Positions 1 to 9,539 are shown, numbered from the stretch's first letter. The stretch is 64,000 nt of DNA from Opitutaceae bacterium (GCA_003151515.1 PLXS01000037.1:71978-135977), one strand, 5' to 3'. Numbers and translations are program-made. The notes: a model not told the origin generated them from the letters alone.

Positions 1-370
1 CGACAGGAAGTTCATCCTGGAGAACATCGCAAGACTGGTCGTCAAGTCGGCGAACGAGGCCGGGGGCTACGGGATGCTGATCGGGCCCGCCTCGACCAAG
101 GAGGAGGTCGCGGAATTCCGAGCCAAGGTGGCGGCCAACCCGAGGAACTTCATCGCGCAGGACCCGATCATGCTGTCGCGCTCGCCGACGTGGTGCGAGG
201 GCAGCCTTGAGGGGCGCCACATCGACCTGCGCCCGTACGTGCTGTGCGGCGAGAAGACGTTCGTTACGCCCGGCGGCCTGACGCGCGTCGCTCTGCGCAA
301 GGGCTCGCTCGTGGTCAACTCGTCCCAGGGCGGCGGATCGAAGGACACCTGGGTCCTCCAGGGCAACTAG
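1..370 (+). CDS. circularly permuted type-2 ATP-grasp protein, C-terminal fragment (5' end lies outside the window)
   Basis: The frame is open from the window edge. The tail '[15 protein letters not shown]...[43 protein letters not shown]' is typical of this family, and alpha-E and transglutaminase genes follow. Confidence 0.75.
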   Translation, partial: DRKFILENIARLVVKSANEAGGYGMLIGPASTKEEVAEFRAKVAANPRNFIAQDPIMLSRSPTWCEGSLEGRHIDLRPYVLCGEKTFVTPGGLTRVALRKGSLVVNSSQGGGSKDTWVLQGN

Positions 371-389
371 GGTCGACGCGCAAACACCC

Positions 390-1439
390 ATGAGAACAGC
401 TCCCAAGGCACTGGCCCAGCGCCCCCAGGCGAACCTGATGCTGTCCCGGGTCGCCCATTCCCTGTACTGGATGAGCCGGTACATCGAGCGCGCGGAGAAC
501 ATCGCCCGGCTGCTCGAGGTGAACCTGCAGTTCATCCTGGACTTCCAGGGCTACGACGACGCCCACCTGAAGGAGCACTGGGGCTCGATCCTCGCCAGCT
601 CGGGCGACCTCGAGCTGTTCGAGAAGTACTACGAGTCGTCGGACAGCCGTTCGGTGACGGAATTCTTCGCGTTCGACCTGCGCAACCCCAACTCGATCCT
701 CGCGTGCGTCTTCGCGGCCCGCGAGAACGCGCGCATGATCCGCGACCAGATCTCGATCGAGATGTGGGAGACCCTGAACGAGCTCTACCTCTTCCTCAAG
801 GCACGGAGCACGGCCGACGTCTGGGTCGCGGGCCCCTACGAGTTCTTCCATGACATCAAACGCAATTCGCACCTCTTCCAGGGGCTGACCGACGCCACCT
901 ACTCGCGCAGCGAGGGCTGGGAGTTCATCCAGTTCGGCAAGTACATCGAGCGCGCGAACAAGACCGCGAGGATACTCGACGTAAAGTACCACATCCTGCT
1001 TCCCGACGCCTCCGACGTCGGGGGTGCACTCGACACGGCCCAGTGGCAGGCGGTCCTGCGCTCGGCGAGCGCGCTCGAAGCCTACCGGCGCTTCTACGTG
1101 AGCGAGATCCTCCCGTGGAAGGCCGCCGAGTTCCTGATCTTCTCGGACTCGTTCCCCCGGTCGATCCACTTCTGCGCCGCCCAGGTCGACGAGTTCCTTC
1201 GGCGCATCCTTGGGGAGACCGGAGCGCGGCCCCGCAGCGAGGCCGCGCGCGCCTCGCGGCGGCTGCTCGCCAACTTGCAGTCCCTGACGATCGACGAGGT
1301 CCTCAAGGACGGCCTCCACGAGTTCCTGGTCGCGACCGCGGCCGCGCTGGACCTGATCAGCGAGGACGTGGTCAACACGACGATGTTCTACCCGGCCGAG
1401 TCCACGCAGGAGGAGCAGCAGCTCCAGCAGCAGCAGTGA
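390..1439 (+). CDS. alpha-E domain-containing protein
   Basis: 349 aa. The N-terminus 'MLSRVAHSLYWMSRYIERAENIARLLEVN' is the alpha-E signature. It lies 19 nt after the ATP-grasp gene. Confidence 0.85.
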   Translation: MRTAPKALAQRPQANLMLSRVAHSLYWMSRYIERAENIARLLEVNLQFILDFQGYDDAHLKEHWGSILASSGDLELFEKYYESSDSRSVTEFFAFDLRNPNSILACVFAARENARMIRDQISIEMWETLNELYLFLKARSTADVWVAGPYEFFHDIKRNSHLFQGLTDATYSRSEGWEFIQFGKYIERANKTARILDVKYHILLPDASDVGGALDTAQWQAVLRSASALEAYRRFYVSEILPWKAAEFLIFSDSFPRSIHFCAAQVDEFLRRILGETGARPRSEAARASRRLLANLQSLTIDEVLKDGLHEFLVATAAALDLISEDVVNTTMFYPAESTQEEQQLQQQQ

Positions 1440-1474
1440 TTGACGCCGCGATCCCGCGAACCAAATAGGACTCG

Positions 1475-2341
1475 ATGCTAATCAGCCTACTCCACCGCAC
1501 CACCTTCACCTACGCCGCGAAGGCGCAGGACAGCTTCAACGAGGTGCGCCTGAGGCCTGTCGACGATATGAACCAGGCGTGCAGGAGCTTCGAGCTTCGC
1601 ACGAACCCCGAGAGCCAGCCGCGAGAGTACGTCGATTTCTACGGGAACGCCGTCCACTACTTCGACGTCGTGGAACCGCACACGAGGCTCGTGGTCGAGG
1701 CCCTCTCCGAGGTGGAGACGGTGCCCAACGCCTCTCGCGCGCCCGTGTCGCGGGTCCAGCTGTCGGCGTTCGAGGAGGGCTCCGACCGCGAGCTCAATGC
1801 GGAGTTCCTTACCGACTCGCACTACGTCCCCTTGGACGTGGAGCTTTGGAAGGAGGCCAAGGACGCGCTGGGCGGCGGCCGGCGCGACATCTGGAGCGAC
1901 GTGAGCACCCTCTGCAGGCACATCTTCAGGACCTTCGCCTACAAGCCCATGTCCACCGGGGTGGGCACGACCGCCACGGACGCGCTCAAGCTGCGCTCCG
2001 GGGTCTGTCAGGACTTCGCGCATGTGGCGCTTGGGCTGTGCCGGTGCTCCGGCGTGCCCGCGCGCTACGTCAGCGGCTACTTCATCAAGCGAAAGGGATT
2101 GCCGGAAGAGAATGAGGACGAGGCGTCGCACGCCTGGATCGAGGCGTTCATACCCGGCTACGGGTGGGCGGCCTTCGACCCGACCCATGACAGGCCGGCG
2201 GATGAGCGGTACGTCAAGGTCGCGTCCGGCCGCGACTACGCCGACATCCGGCCGGTGAGCGGTACCTACCGCGGGGGCAAGACCCGCTCCCTCGTGGTCG
2301 AGGTCCGGGTCCGCGAGGCGGAGGCCGCCGGGGCGGTCTAG
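1475..2341 (+). CDS. transglutaminase family protein
   Basis: 288 aa. The Cys-His-Asp core contexts 'SGVCQDFAH', 'SHAWIEAF' and 'AAFDPTH' are present, and it is the third member of the conserved triad. Confidence 0.9.
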   Translation: MLISLLHRTTFTYAAKAQDSFNEVRLRPVDDMNQACRSFELRTNPESQPREYVDFYGNAVHYFDVVEPHTRLVVEALSEVETVPNASRAPVSRVQLSAFEEGSDRELNAEFLTDSHYVPLDVELWKEAKDALGGGRRDIWSDVSTLCRHIFRTFAYKPMSTGVGTTATDALKLRSGVCQDFAHVALGLCRCSGVPARYVSGYFIKRKGLPEENEDEASHAWIEAFIPGYGWAAFDPTHDRPADERYVKVASGRDYADIRPVSGTYRGGKTRSLVVEVRVREAEAAGAV

Positions 2342-2787
2342 GTCTTGTCCTGCTCGATCCTGTCGACCCGGCCGCCGGTGTCGAACTCGACGCGGATGCG
2401 GTCGTGGACGCGGACGGGGAACCCGTCGTAGTACCCCACGTCGCCCCAGAACACCGGGGAGCCCCAGCCGCCCCAGCGATGGTAGTATCCCGTGTAGATC
2501 ACGGCCCCCTGGTAGTCCTCGTAGGTGACGTAGTGCCAGACCTCATACTGGCCCCCGCGGTTCGTTTTCATCGTGATCCGGGTCGGCTCGCCGAGCGCGA
2601 GCCTGACCATGTCCATGTCAAAACCGACGGCGATCTGGCCCCCCTTCACGAGGGCCTGCTGATCCGGCGTCAGCCTGGCGAAGATCTGAGGGCTGTTGCG
2701 TATCCGCGAATCGGGTGTTTCACATCCGGCCAACAGCGCGAGGCAAAGCGCCGCAGCAGCAAAACCGATAGTTCTGGATGTTTTCAT
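2338..2787 (-). CDS. lipoprotein, uncharacterised (BamE/SmpA-like segment possible)
   Basis: Internal ATG at 2787 gives 'MKTSRTIGFAAAALCLALLAGC', a signal peptide with a lipobox. The longer 167-aa ORF start lacks a signal peptide. Confidence 0.65.
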   Translation of the reverse strand: MKTSRTIGFAAAALCLALLAGCETPDSRIRNSPQIFARLTPDQQALVKGGQIAVGFDMDMVRLALGEPTRITMKTNRGGQYEVWHYVTYEDYQGAVIYTGYYHRWGGWGSPVFWGDVGYYDGFPVRVHDRIRVEFDTGGRVDRIEQDKT

Positions 2788-2881
2788 GGGGTTTGGAGAT
2801 GAATCTCTCGATATTTTATAGATTTGCGCCGGGGTGCTCAAACCAAAGAGACTCCCGCGGCAGGCAGACGCCTCTTATTCG

Positions 2882-3565
2882 ATGCTCAAGACATTGATCC
2901 TATGGGACATAGACGGAACCATCCTTCACTCGACCGGCGCGGGGATGAAGGCGCTCAACCGCGCTCTCAGCACCGTTTTCGGGCTGTCCGGATCCTTTGA
3001 GGGGATCGAGTTCGCTGGCCGCACGGACAAGCTGATCATCAGGCAGATATTCGCGCGGTTCGGGATCGAGTACTCGGACGAGAATTTTGCCAGCTACGTG
3101 GAGGGCTACGTGGCCGCCCTGCCGTCCACCCTCGCGGCCAACAATGCCCGCGTGCTTCCGGGAATCAGCGAGATCCTGGCCCACGCGGCCGGGCACCCCG
3201 GCGTGGCGCAGGGCCTCCTCACGGGAAACCTGCGGCGGGGCGCCGAGGTGAAGCTGGGCTTCCACGACCTCTGGGGCTACTTCCCGATAGGGGCCTTCGC
3301 CGACGACAGCGAGATCCGCAACGAGCTGGGGCCCCGAGCCCTGGAGCGGGCCCGGGCGCACTGGGGGTTCGACTTCCCCCTCGAGCGGGTGTGGGTGGTG
3401 GGAGACACGCCCCATGACGTCTCGTGCGCGCGGGCTTTCGGGGCCAGGGCCCTGGCGGTCGCGACGGGCTCGTCGAGCAGCTCCGACCTCGCCAGGCACG
3501 GCCCCGACGTGGTGCTCGAGAGCCTCGCGGACCCCGCGACGTTCTGGCGGGCGATCGGCCGATAG
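2882..3565 (+). CDS. HAD family hydrolase (phosphoglycolate-phosphatase-like)
   Basis: HAD motif I 'LWDIDGT' follows the ATG at 2882, and 'VVGDTPHDV' matches motif IV. Confidence 0.8.
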   Translation: MLKTLILWDIDGTILHSTGAGMKALNRALSTVFGLSGSFEGIEFAGRTDKLIIRQIFARFGIEYSDENFASYVEGYVAALPSTLAANNARVLPGISEILAHAAGHPGVAQGLLTGNLRRGAEVKLGFHDLWGYFPIGAFADDSEIRNELGPRALERARAHWGFDFPLERVWVVGDTPHDVSCARAFGARALAVATGSSSSSDLARHGPDVVLESLADPATFWRAIGR

Positions 3566-3631
3566 GGCGTATTTGTTTGCCGAGGCGGGCGGCAACCCGA
3601 ATATCGGGGTCCTCCCAAGCCACAACTGCCG

Positions 3632-4075
3632 ATGCCCCGCACCTACTCGATCGCCATCGGATCGGATCACGCCGGTTTCAAGTACAAGGAGGCCATCAAG
3701 GCCATGCTGCTCGCGGACGGCCACAGCGTGCGCGACATGGGCACCGACTCCGAGGCGCCGTGCGACTTCCCCGACTTCATCCGCCCGGTCGCCGAGGCGG
3801 TCGCCCGCGGCGAGTTCGAGAGGGGCATCGTCCTCGGGGGCTCCGGCAACGGCGAGGCGATCGTGGCCAACCGCATCCGGGGGATCCGCTGCGGCGTGTG
3901 CTGGAACGAGCAGGTGACCATTTGGAGCCGGTCGCACAACGACGCCAACTGCCTGTCCATCGGCCAGCGCACCGTGACCCTGGACGAGGCCCTGAAGATT
4001 GTCCGGATCTGGCTCACCACCGATTTTGAGGGAGGCAGGCACATCGCGCGCATCCGCAAGATCGACGGCGCCTGA
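3632..4075 (+). CDS. rpiB: ribose 5-phosphate isomerase B (RpiB/LacA/LacB family)
   Basis: 147 aa, with 'IAIGSDHAGFKYKEAIK...GIVLGGSGNGEAIVANR...RCGVCWN' typical of RpiB. Confidence 0.9.
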   Translation: MPRTYSIAIGSDHAGFKYKEAIKAMLLADGHSVRDMGTDSEAPCDFPDFIRPVAEAVARGEFERGIVLGGSGNGEAIVANRIRGIRCGVCWNEQVTIWSRSHNDANCLSIGQRTVTLDEALKIVRIWLTTDFEGGRHIARIRKIDGA

Positions 4076-4141
4076 GCGGCCTCCCGGCTCGAAGGCGAGC
4101 TTGCCCACCCGAGGGGCGGCGCTCAGCGTTGGGTCCCGTCC

Positions 4142-6172
4142 ATGGCATTCCCGAAAGCCCCAGCCATACTAGAGTCGCGCAACCTGAGCCCCGCGGACCT
4201 GGAAAGGAGCCCGAGGGAGTCGCTGCTGCGGATCTACGCGTGGATGCAGCTCGCGAGGGCCGCCGACAACCGCATCCTGGAACTCTTCCGGCAGGGCCTG
4301 ATCAAGGGCACGGTGACGGGCGGCCAGGGCAACGAATGGATGATCGTCCCCCTGGCCCTCTTTGCCGACAAGGCGCTCGACGTCGCGAGCTTCACCCATC
4401 GCGACCTGGGCGGGCACCTCATCTGGGGCGGTCACCTCTGCGAGCACCTCAACCAGTACTTCGCGAACGCCCACAGCCCGACGCAGGCGCGCGAGGGAAA
4501 CATCCACCACGGCGATCCCGCGAACCGCTCGCTTCCGATGATAAGCCACCTGGGCGCCATGTGCGGGCCCGTCCTCGGGGCGACGGACTCCCAGCGCCGC
4601 TTCGGGCGCGAGGCGGTCGGGTTCGCCTTCTTCGGCGACGGGTCCTCCAGCACGGGCGACGTGCACGAGTCGATGAACCTGGCCTCGCTCCAGTCGCTGC
4701 CGATCGTCTTCGTCATCGAGAACAACGGCTATGCGTACTCGACGCCCACCGACGAGCAGTTCGCCCGGGGCACCGAGCTGTGGCGCAGGGCGGAGGCCTA
4801 CGGCATGGAGGGCCTTGTGATCGACTGCGCGGAGCTCGAGGGGGGCGCCCGGGCACTCGGTGCCGTCATCGCCAAGGTCCGCTCGACCTGCCGGCCCATG
4901 GTGGTCGAGGCGCGCACCCTGAGGCTTCGCGGGCACGCGGCCTACGACACCTGCGACTACCTGCGCCCCGGCGAGTCCGAGCAGTTTGCGGCCCGCGACG
5001 CGCTGCCCCGCCTCAGGAAGTCCCTGGAGGCGACCGAAGGCACGCCGGCCGTGGACGCGCTTGACGCCGAAATCGGGGCCTTCATCGAGGCCTGCGTCAA
5101 GGTGGCGATGGCCGTCGGGCGCCCCGACCCGGCCGGGATGGAGGCGGACCTGTTCGCCCCGCAGCCTCCCCCGTTCCCCTGGCGCCCGGAGCCGTCCGCG
5201 CCGGAGAACGTGACGATGGCCCAGGGCTTGAACCGCGCTCTTCGCAAGGTTCTCCTGGAGCGGCCCGAGGCGATCGTGCTTGGGCAGGACATCGCGACCT
5301 ACGGGGGCGCCTTCAAGGTCACGGAGAACCTCTACAAGGAATTCGGGCGCTCCAGGGTATTCAACACGCCGCTCGCCGAGAGCGCCTGCACGGGCTACGC
5401 GATCGGGCTGGCGCTCAACGGCCACAGGCCGATCGAGGAGTTCCAGTTCGCCGACTTCGCCACGGAGGCCGTGACACAGATAACGCTCAATGCGGCGACG
5501 ATGCACTTCCGCTCGGGGGCGGCGTGCCCCCTGGTCTTGCGCCTGCCGTGCGGCGCGGTGGGCCTGGGCTCCTTCCACTCCCAGGAGCTCGAGTCGTTCT
5601 TCCTGTCGATGCCGGGGCTCAAGGCGCTCTACCCGAGCAACCCCCAGGACGCCTTCAACGCCATGTTGGCGGCATGCGAGGACAACAACCCGGTGCTCCT
5701 GTTCGAGCACAAGGGCCTTTACAGGCGAGGGAAGCACCCGGTGGCATGGGACCCAGCGTACCGCGAGATCTGGCGGCCCAAGCGCGTGCGCGCGGGCGAC
5801 TACGCGACGCTCGTCACGTACGGCGAGACCGTTCACGTGGCCGCGGAGGCGTGCGAGTACCTGGCCTCCGAGTACGAGGCGGGAATCGAGGTGTTCGACA
5901 TGCGCTGCCTCTCCCCGATGGACCTCTCGGAGATCGCCCCGTCGGTGCAGCGCACCGGCCGGCTGATCGTCCTGCACGAGGGCAGGCGCACGCACGGCTA
6001 CGGCGCGGAGATTGTCGCCCGCATCACCGAGGGCTGCCGCGTCCCGCTGAAAGCGCCGCCGCTGCGAATCGCGGCGCTCGACCTGCCCGTGCCGTTCGCG
6101 CACGAGCTCGAGGCCGCGTTCCGGCCGTCCAAGGACGGCGTGATCCAGAGAATCACGGAATGGATGTCGTGA
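4142..6172 (+). CDS. TPP-dependent 2-oxoacid dehydrogenase E1 component, fused alpha/beta subunits
   Basis: 676 aa. The N-terminal half carries an E1-alpha TPP motif region ('FFGDGSSSTGDVHESMNLA...VIENNGYAYSTP'). The C-terminal half is E1-beta-like ('VFNTPLAESACTGYAIGLAL...FQFADF'). Confidence 0.85.
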   Translation: MAFPKAPAILESRNLSPADLERSPRESLLRIYAWMQLARAADNRILELFRQGLIKGTVTGGQGNEWMIVPLALFADKALDVASFTHRDLGGHLIWGGHLCEHLNQYFANAHSPTQAREGNIHHGDPANRSLPMISHLGAMCGPVLGATDSQRRFGREAVGFAFFGDGSSSTGDVHESMNLASLQSLPIVFVIENNGYAYSTPTDEQFARGTELWRRAEAYGMEGLVIDCAELEGGARALGAVIAKVRSTCRPMVVEARTLRLRGHAAYDTCDYLRPGESEQFAARDALPRLRKSLEATEGTPAVDALDAEIGAFIEACVKVAMAVGRPDPAGMEADLFAPQPPPFPWRPEPSAPENVTMAQGLNRALRKVLLERPEAIVLGQDIATYGGAFKVTENLYKEFGRSRVFNTPLAESACTGYAIGLALNGHRPIEEFQFADFATEAVTQITLNAATMHFRSGAACPLVLRLPCGAVGLGSFHSQELESFFLSMPGLKALYPSNPQDAFNAMLAACEDNNPVLLFEHKGLYRRGKHPVAWDPAYREIWRPKRVRAGDYATLVTYGETVHVAAEACEYLASEYEAGIEVFDMRCLSPMDLSEIAPSVQRTGRLIVLHEGRRTHGYGAEIVARITEGCRVPLKAPPLRIAALDLPVPFAHELEAAFRPSKDGVIQRITEWMS

Positions 6173-6711
6173 AGAGACCCAAGATAACCGCGCGGCAATG
6201 GGCCCGGGTGCGCCTCTTCGCCATGGACGTGGACGGCGTCCTCACGGACGGCACCGTCTGCATAGCCTCCGACGGCACCGAGTCCAAGCGCTTCTCGATA
6301 ACCGACGGCCTGGGCCTCGTGCTGCTGCGCAAGTGCGGGGTGGAGCTGGCGTGGATCTCGGGGCGCAGGTCGGCCGCCACGGCGCTCAGGGCCTCGGAGC
6401 TCAAGGTGGCCCACGTCATCGAGGGGCGCCACGACAAGCTCGCGGTCCTGGGGGAGCTCTCCAAGCGCCTAGGCATCCCTTTGCGCGACTGCGCCTACAT
6501 GGGCGACGACATCGTCGACGCGCCCGCCATCGCGGCGGCGGGGATCGGGATATCGGTTCCCACGGCGCTGCCCGAGGCGCTCGCCGCGGCGGGCTATGTC
6601 ACCCGAAGGCAGGCCGGACGGGGGGCCGTGCGCGAGGTCTGTGACATCATCCTTCGGGTGCGCCCGAAGGCAGGCGGGAACATTCGCTCGCTCGCGCGTA
6701 CTCTTCCCTAG
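6160..6711 (+). CDS. kdsC: 3-deoxy-D-manno-octulosonate 8-phosphate phosphatase (YrbI family)
   Basis: 'FAMDVDGVLTDG...YMGDDIVDAPA' are HAD/KdsC motifs. The ATG at 6160 overlaps the E1 stop. Only the last 183 codons of the 395-aa ORF look genuine. Confidence 0.85.
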   Translation: MDVVKRPKITARQWARVRLFAMDVDGVLTDGTVCIASDGTESKRFSITDGLGLVLLRKCGVELAWISGRRSAATALRASELKVAHVIEGRHDKLAVLGELSKRLGIPLRDCAYMGDDIVDAPAIAAAGIGISVPTALPEALAAAGYVTRRQAGRGAVREVCDIILRVRPKAGGNIRSLARTLP

Positions 6712-7151
6712 TGAACACCGCGCTCAAAGGGCTCGTGGCCGCCGCGGCGCTGGCCGCAGCACCCTCGGCCCCGTCACAGGACATCCAGCTCGCCCCTCCC
6801 GCGAGGAACTGGACCCTGCCCCTCTTCACGAAGGAGGGCTTCCGGCAGATGACGCTTCGGGGGGACCAGGTGCAGCCCGTGAACACCGACCGGGTGGACA
6901 TCGTCGGCATGAATATCACCGTGTTCAACGGGGCGGCGGACGCCCAGGTCGACTCGGTTCTCCTGAGCCCTCAGGCGACGTTCCTCATCAACGAGAGGAT
7001 CGCGCGGGGGGCGCAGACCGTGCGGCTCATCCGCGACGACATCGAGGTGCAGGGCCAGGACTGGACCTACTTTTACAACGAGAAAAAAGTTCTCATCAAC
7101 CGGGGCGCGCATGTAGTGTTCCATGCCGCGCTCCCCGACATGCTAAAATGA
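6711..7151 (+). CDS. lptC: LptC-like periplasmic LPS-export protein (tentative)
   Basis: 146 aa with a signal/anchor sequence and a beta-rich OstA-like sequence. The GTG start overlaps the kdsC stop, and its position between kdsC and lptA matches the canonical order. Confidence 0.5.
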   Translation: MNTALKGLVAAAALAAAPSAPSQDIQLAPPARNWTLPLFTKEGFRQMTLRGDQVQPVNTDRVDIVGMNITVFNGAADAQVDSVLLSPQATFLINERIARGAQTVRLIRDDIEVQGQDWTYFYNEKKVLINRGAHVVFHAALPDMLK

Positions 7152-7708
7152 GACACCTGCACTTACTGGCGGCCGCGGCGGCCCTGGCCCTCGCCTCCCC
7201 GCTCGCCGCCGCCGAGGCCCAGGAGACGACCATTGACTGCTCGGGGCCCGCGGAGTCGGCGAGCACCGACACGGAAACGACGACAACCTTCAGGGACAAC
7301 GTCGTGGCCGTCGGAAACGGGATCACCCTCGAGTGCGACTTCCTCAAGGTCGTGGCAACGCGCATCGGCGACAAGGCGGCGACGCTCGGCAAGTACGGCA
7401 AGTTCCGCTACCTACTCGCCACAGGCCACGTGAAGATCGTCCAGGGCGACCGGATCGCGACCAGCGGGCGCGCCGAGGTCTTTCCGGACGAGGACCGGAT
7501 CGTGCTCACCGAGCAGCCCGTGGTGCGCATCGAGTCCGAGCACTACCAGGCCAGCGGACCCAGGATGATCCTCTACAGGGGCCAGAGGCGCGCCGTCATC
7601 GAGGGCTCGCCCGGCAACCGCACCCACATCACGCTGCCTCCGATCAAGGACCTGGGCTTCCCGCAGCCGAAGCCCGACGACGGCGCCTCGCAGCCGCCCC
7701 AGAAATAG
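7148..7708 (+). CDS. lptA: LptA/OstA-like periplasmic LPS-transport protein
   Basis: The ATG at 7148 gives signal peptide 'MRHLHLLAAAAALALASPLAAAEA'. It has an ATGA overlap with the upstream gene and is followed by lptB. Confidence 0.6.
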   Translation: MRHLHLLAAAAALALASPLAAAEAQETTIDCSGPAESASTDTETTTTFRDNVVAVGNGITLECDFLKVVATRIGDKAATLGKYGKFRYLLATGHVKIVQGDRIATSGRAEVFPDEDRIVLTEQPVVRIESEHYQASGPRMILYRGQRRAVIEGSPGNRTHITLPPIKDLGFPQPKPDDGASQPPQK

Positions 7709-7709
7709 C

Positions 7710-8441
7710 ATGGTAGCCGCCGCCTCCATCGTCACCGAGGGCCTCGTGAAGACCTATGGCGCCCGGGCGGTGGTCGACGGGGTCGACCTGCGGTTTTCGG
7801 GCGGGGAGGTCGTGGGGCTGCTGGGGCCGAACGGCGCCGGCAAGACGACGACGTTCTACATGATCGTCGGGCTCGTGCCCGCGACCGGCGGCCGCGTCCT
7901 GCTGAACGGCGAGGACATCACGAGGCTGCGTATGCACCAGAGGGCCCGGCGCGGCATCGGCTACCTCCCCCAGGAGCCCAGCGTGTTTCGCAAGCTGACC
8001 GTCGAGGAGAACATCACGGCGATCCTGGAGGCGACCCATGTCCCACGCGCGGAGCGCAAGGCTCGCGTGGCCCAGCACATCGAGGAGCTGGGCCTCGCGA
8101 ACGTCGCCAAGCAGAAGGCATTCACCCTCTCCGGCGGCGAGCGCCGCAGGCTCGAGATTGCCAGGGCGCTCGTCACGCGGCCGCATTTCCTGCTGATGGA
8201 CGAACCCTTCGCCGCGATCGACCCCATCTCGGTCGCCGAGGTGCAGAAGATCATCCTGCAGCTCAAGAACAGGGGGATAGGCGTCGTCGTGACCGACCAC
8301 AATGTGCGCGAAACCCTGAGGATCGTGGACCGCGCCTACCTGATCCACAAGGGCCACGTCCTCTCGGAGGGGACAGGCGAGTTCCTCATCCAGGACGAAA
8401 AGGCGCGCAAGTTCTACCTGGGCGAGGACTTCAACCTCTGA
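7710..8441 (+). CDS. lptB: LPS export ABC transporter ATP-binding protein
   Basis: 243 aa. Walker A 'GPNGAGKTT', signature 'LSGGERRRLEIARAL' and Walker B 'LLMDEPFA' are present, and the C-terminus 'FYLGEDF' is typical of LptB. Confidence 0.9.
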   Translation: MVAAASIVTEGLVKTYGARAVVDGVDLRFSGGEVVGLLGPNGAGKTTTFYMIVGLVPATGGRVLLNGEDITRLRMHQRARRGIGYLPQEPSVFRKLTVEENITAILEATHVPRAERKARVAQHIEELGLANVAKQKAFTLSGGERRRLEIARALVTRPHFLLMDEPFAAIDPISVAEVQKIILQLKNRGIGVVVTDHNVRETLRIVDRAYLIHKGHVLSEGTGEFLIQDEKARKFYLGEDFNL

Positions 8442-8481
8442 GGGCGGGGACCGCACGCCCCGCCCCGGCGCCAGTTTTTTT
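8442..8481 (+). terminator. possible intrinsic terminator after lptB
   Basis: Stem GGGCGGGG (8442-8449) pairs with CCCCGCCC (8458-8465). A T7 run lies at 8475-8481, but it is 9 nt from the stem, so this is weak. Confidence 0.35.
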
Positions 8482-8518
8482 AGTGCGTTACCCGCCCCGG
8501 GTGTGCTGAAATTGCCCA

Positions 8519-9535
8519 ATGCAGAAGGCCATCCACGGCATCACGGTCGCCCATTTCTACGAAACCTACCGTGAGAAGCTGAAGCTGGAGCTGATCACCG
8601 GCGACGCCGGGCTGCACCGGCTGATCAGGGAGGGGAGCATCAACCGGCCGGCGCTGGCGCTGACGGGCTTCTTCAAGTATTTTGCAAATAAGAGGATACA
8701 GGTCCTCGGGGCCGCCGAGATGACCTACCTGAAGACGCGCAGCCAGCTCAACCAGACGACGATATTCCGGGAGATGGTGAGGCGAAGCGTCCCGTGCGTG
8801 ATCCTGACGCGCAACTACAACCCGACCAACGCCATGCTCACGGTGGCCGCCGAGATGAACCTACCGGTGTTGCGCACGCCGCTGATCACGATGAACCTCG
8901 TGAACCTCGCGACGCTGTGCATCGACAATGAGTTCGCGCCGAGCGCCATCGAGCACGCGACGACGCTCGACGTGAAGGGCGTCGGGGTGATGCTGCGCGG
9001 CGAGTCCGGCGTCGGAAAGAGCGAGTGCGCGCTGGCGCTGATCGAGCGCGGGCACTCGCTGGTCGCCGACGACCTCACGGTCATAAAGCTGCTGGACGAG
9101 CGCGAGCTCATGGCCTCGAGCCGCCCCCTGAACCGCGGTTACATGGAGTGCCGCGGCATCGGGATCATAAACATCGCCGAGATGTTTGGCGTCAAGTCGA
9201 TCAGGCTCGAGAAGAGGATCGACCTTGTCCTCTCGCTGCACGAGTGGACGCCGGAGGCGATGGAGGAGCGGACCGGCCTCGAGGAGAACATCTACGAGAT
9301 CCTCGGCATCAAGGTCCCGCACATCGAGCTGTACGTGCGCCCCGGCCGGGACATGGCCCGACTGGTCGAGGTGGCGGCCATGACCCAGGCGCTCAAGCGC
9401 ATGGGACACGACCCGGCCAAGGAGTTTAACGACCGCCTGATTGCGTTTATGTCCGAGGACAGCGAGGCTAGGCGCATGAAGATCAAGCCCATCGAGCGCG
9501 AGGAGCGGGTGCCCGGCAGGCTGGGCGCCGACTAG
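8519..9535 (+). CDS. hprK: HPr(Ser) kinase/phosphorylase
   Basis: 338 aa, with P-loop 'GESGVGKSECALAL' followed by 'HSLVADD' and 'ECRGIGIINI', the HprK signature. Confidence 0.9.
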   Translation: MQKAIHGITVAHFYETYREKLKLELITGDAGLHRLIREGSINRPALALTGFFKYFANKRIQVLGAAEMTYLKTRSQLNQTTIFREMVRRSVPCVILTRNYNPTNAMLTVAAEMNLPVLRTPLITMNLVNLATLCIDNEFAPSAIEHATTLDVKGVGVMLRGESGVGKSECALALIERGHSLVADDLTVIKLLDERELMASSRPLNRGYMECRGIGIINIAEMFGVKSIRLEKRIDLVLSLHEWTPEAMEERTGLEENIYEILGIKVPHIELYVRPGRDMARLVEVAAMTQALKRMGHDPAKEFNDRLIAFMSEDSEARRMKIKPIEREERVPGRLGAD

Positions 9536-9539
9536 GTCC

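Noticed and set aside
5524-6711. 395-aa ORF suggesting a large protein overlapping the E1 gene.
   Set aside because: Only the last 183 codons (from ATG 6160) show KdsC motifs. The upstream part is an Arg/Pro/Gly-rich out-of-frame read of the E1 gene.
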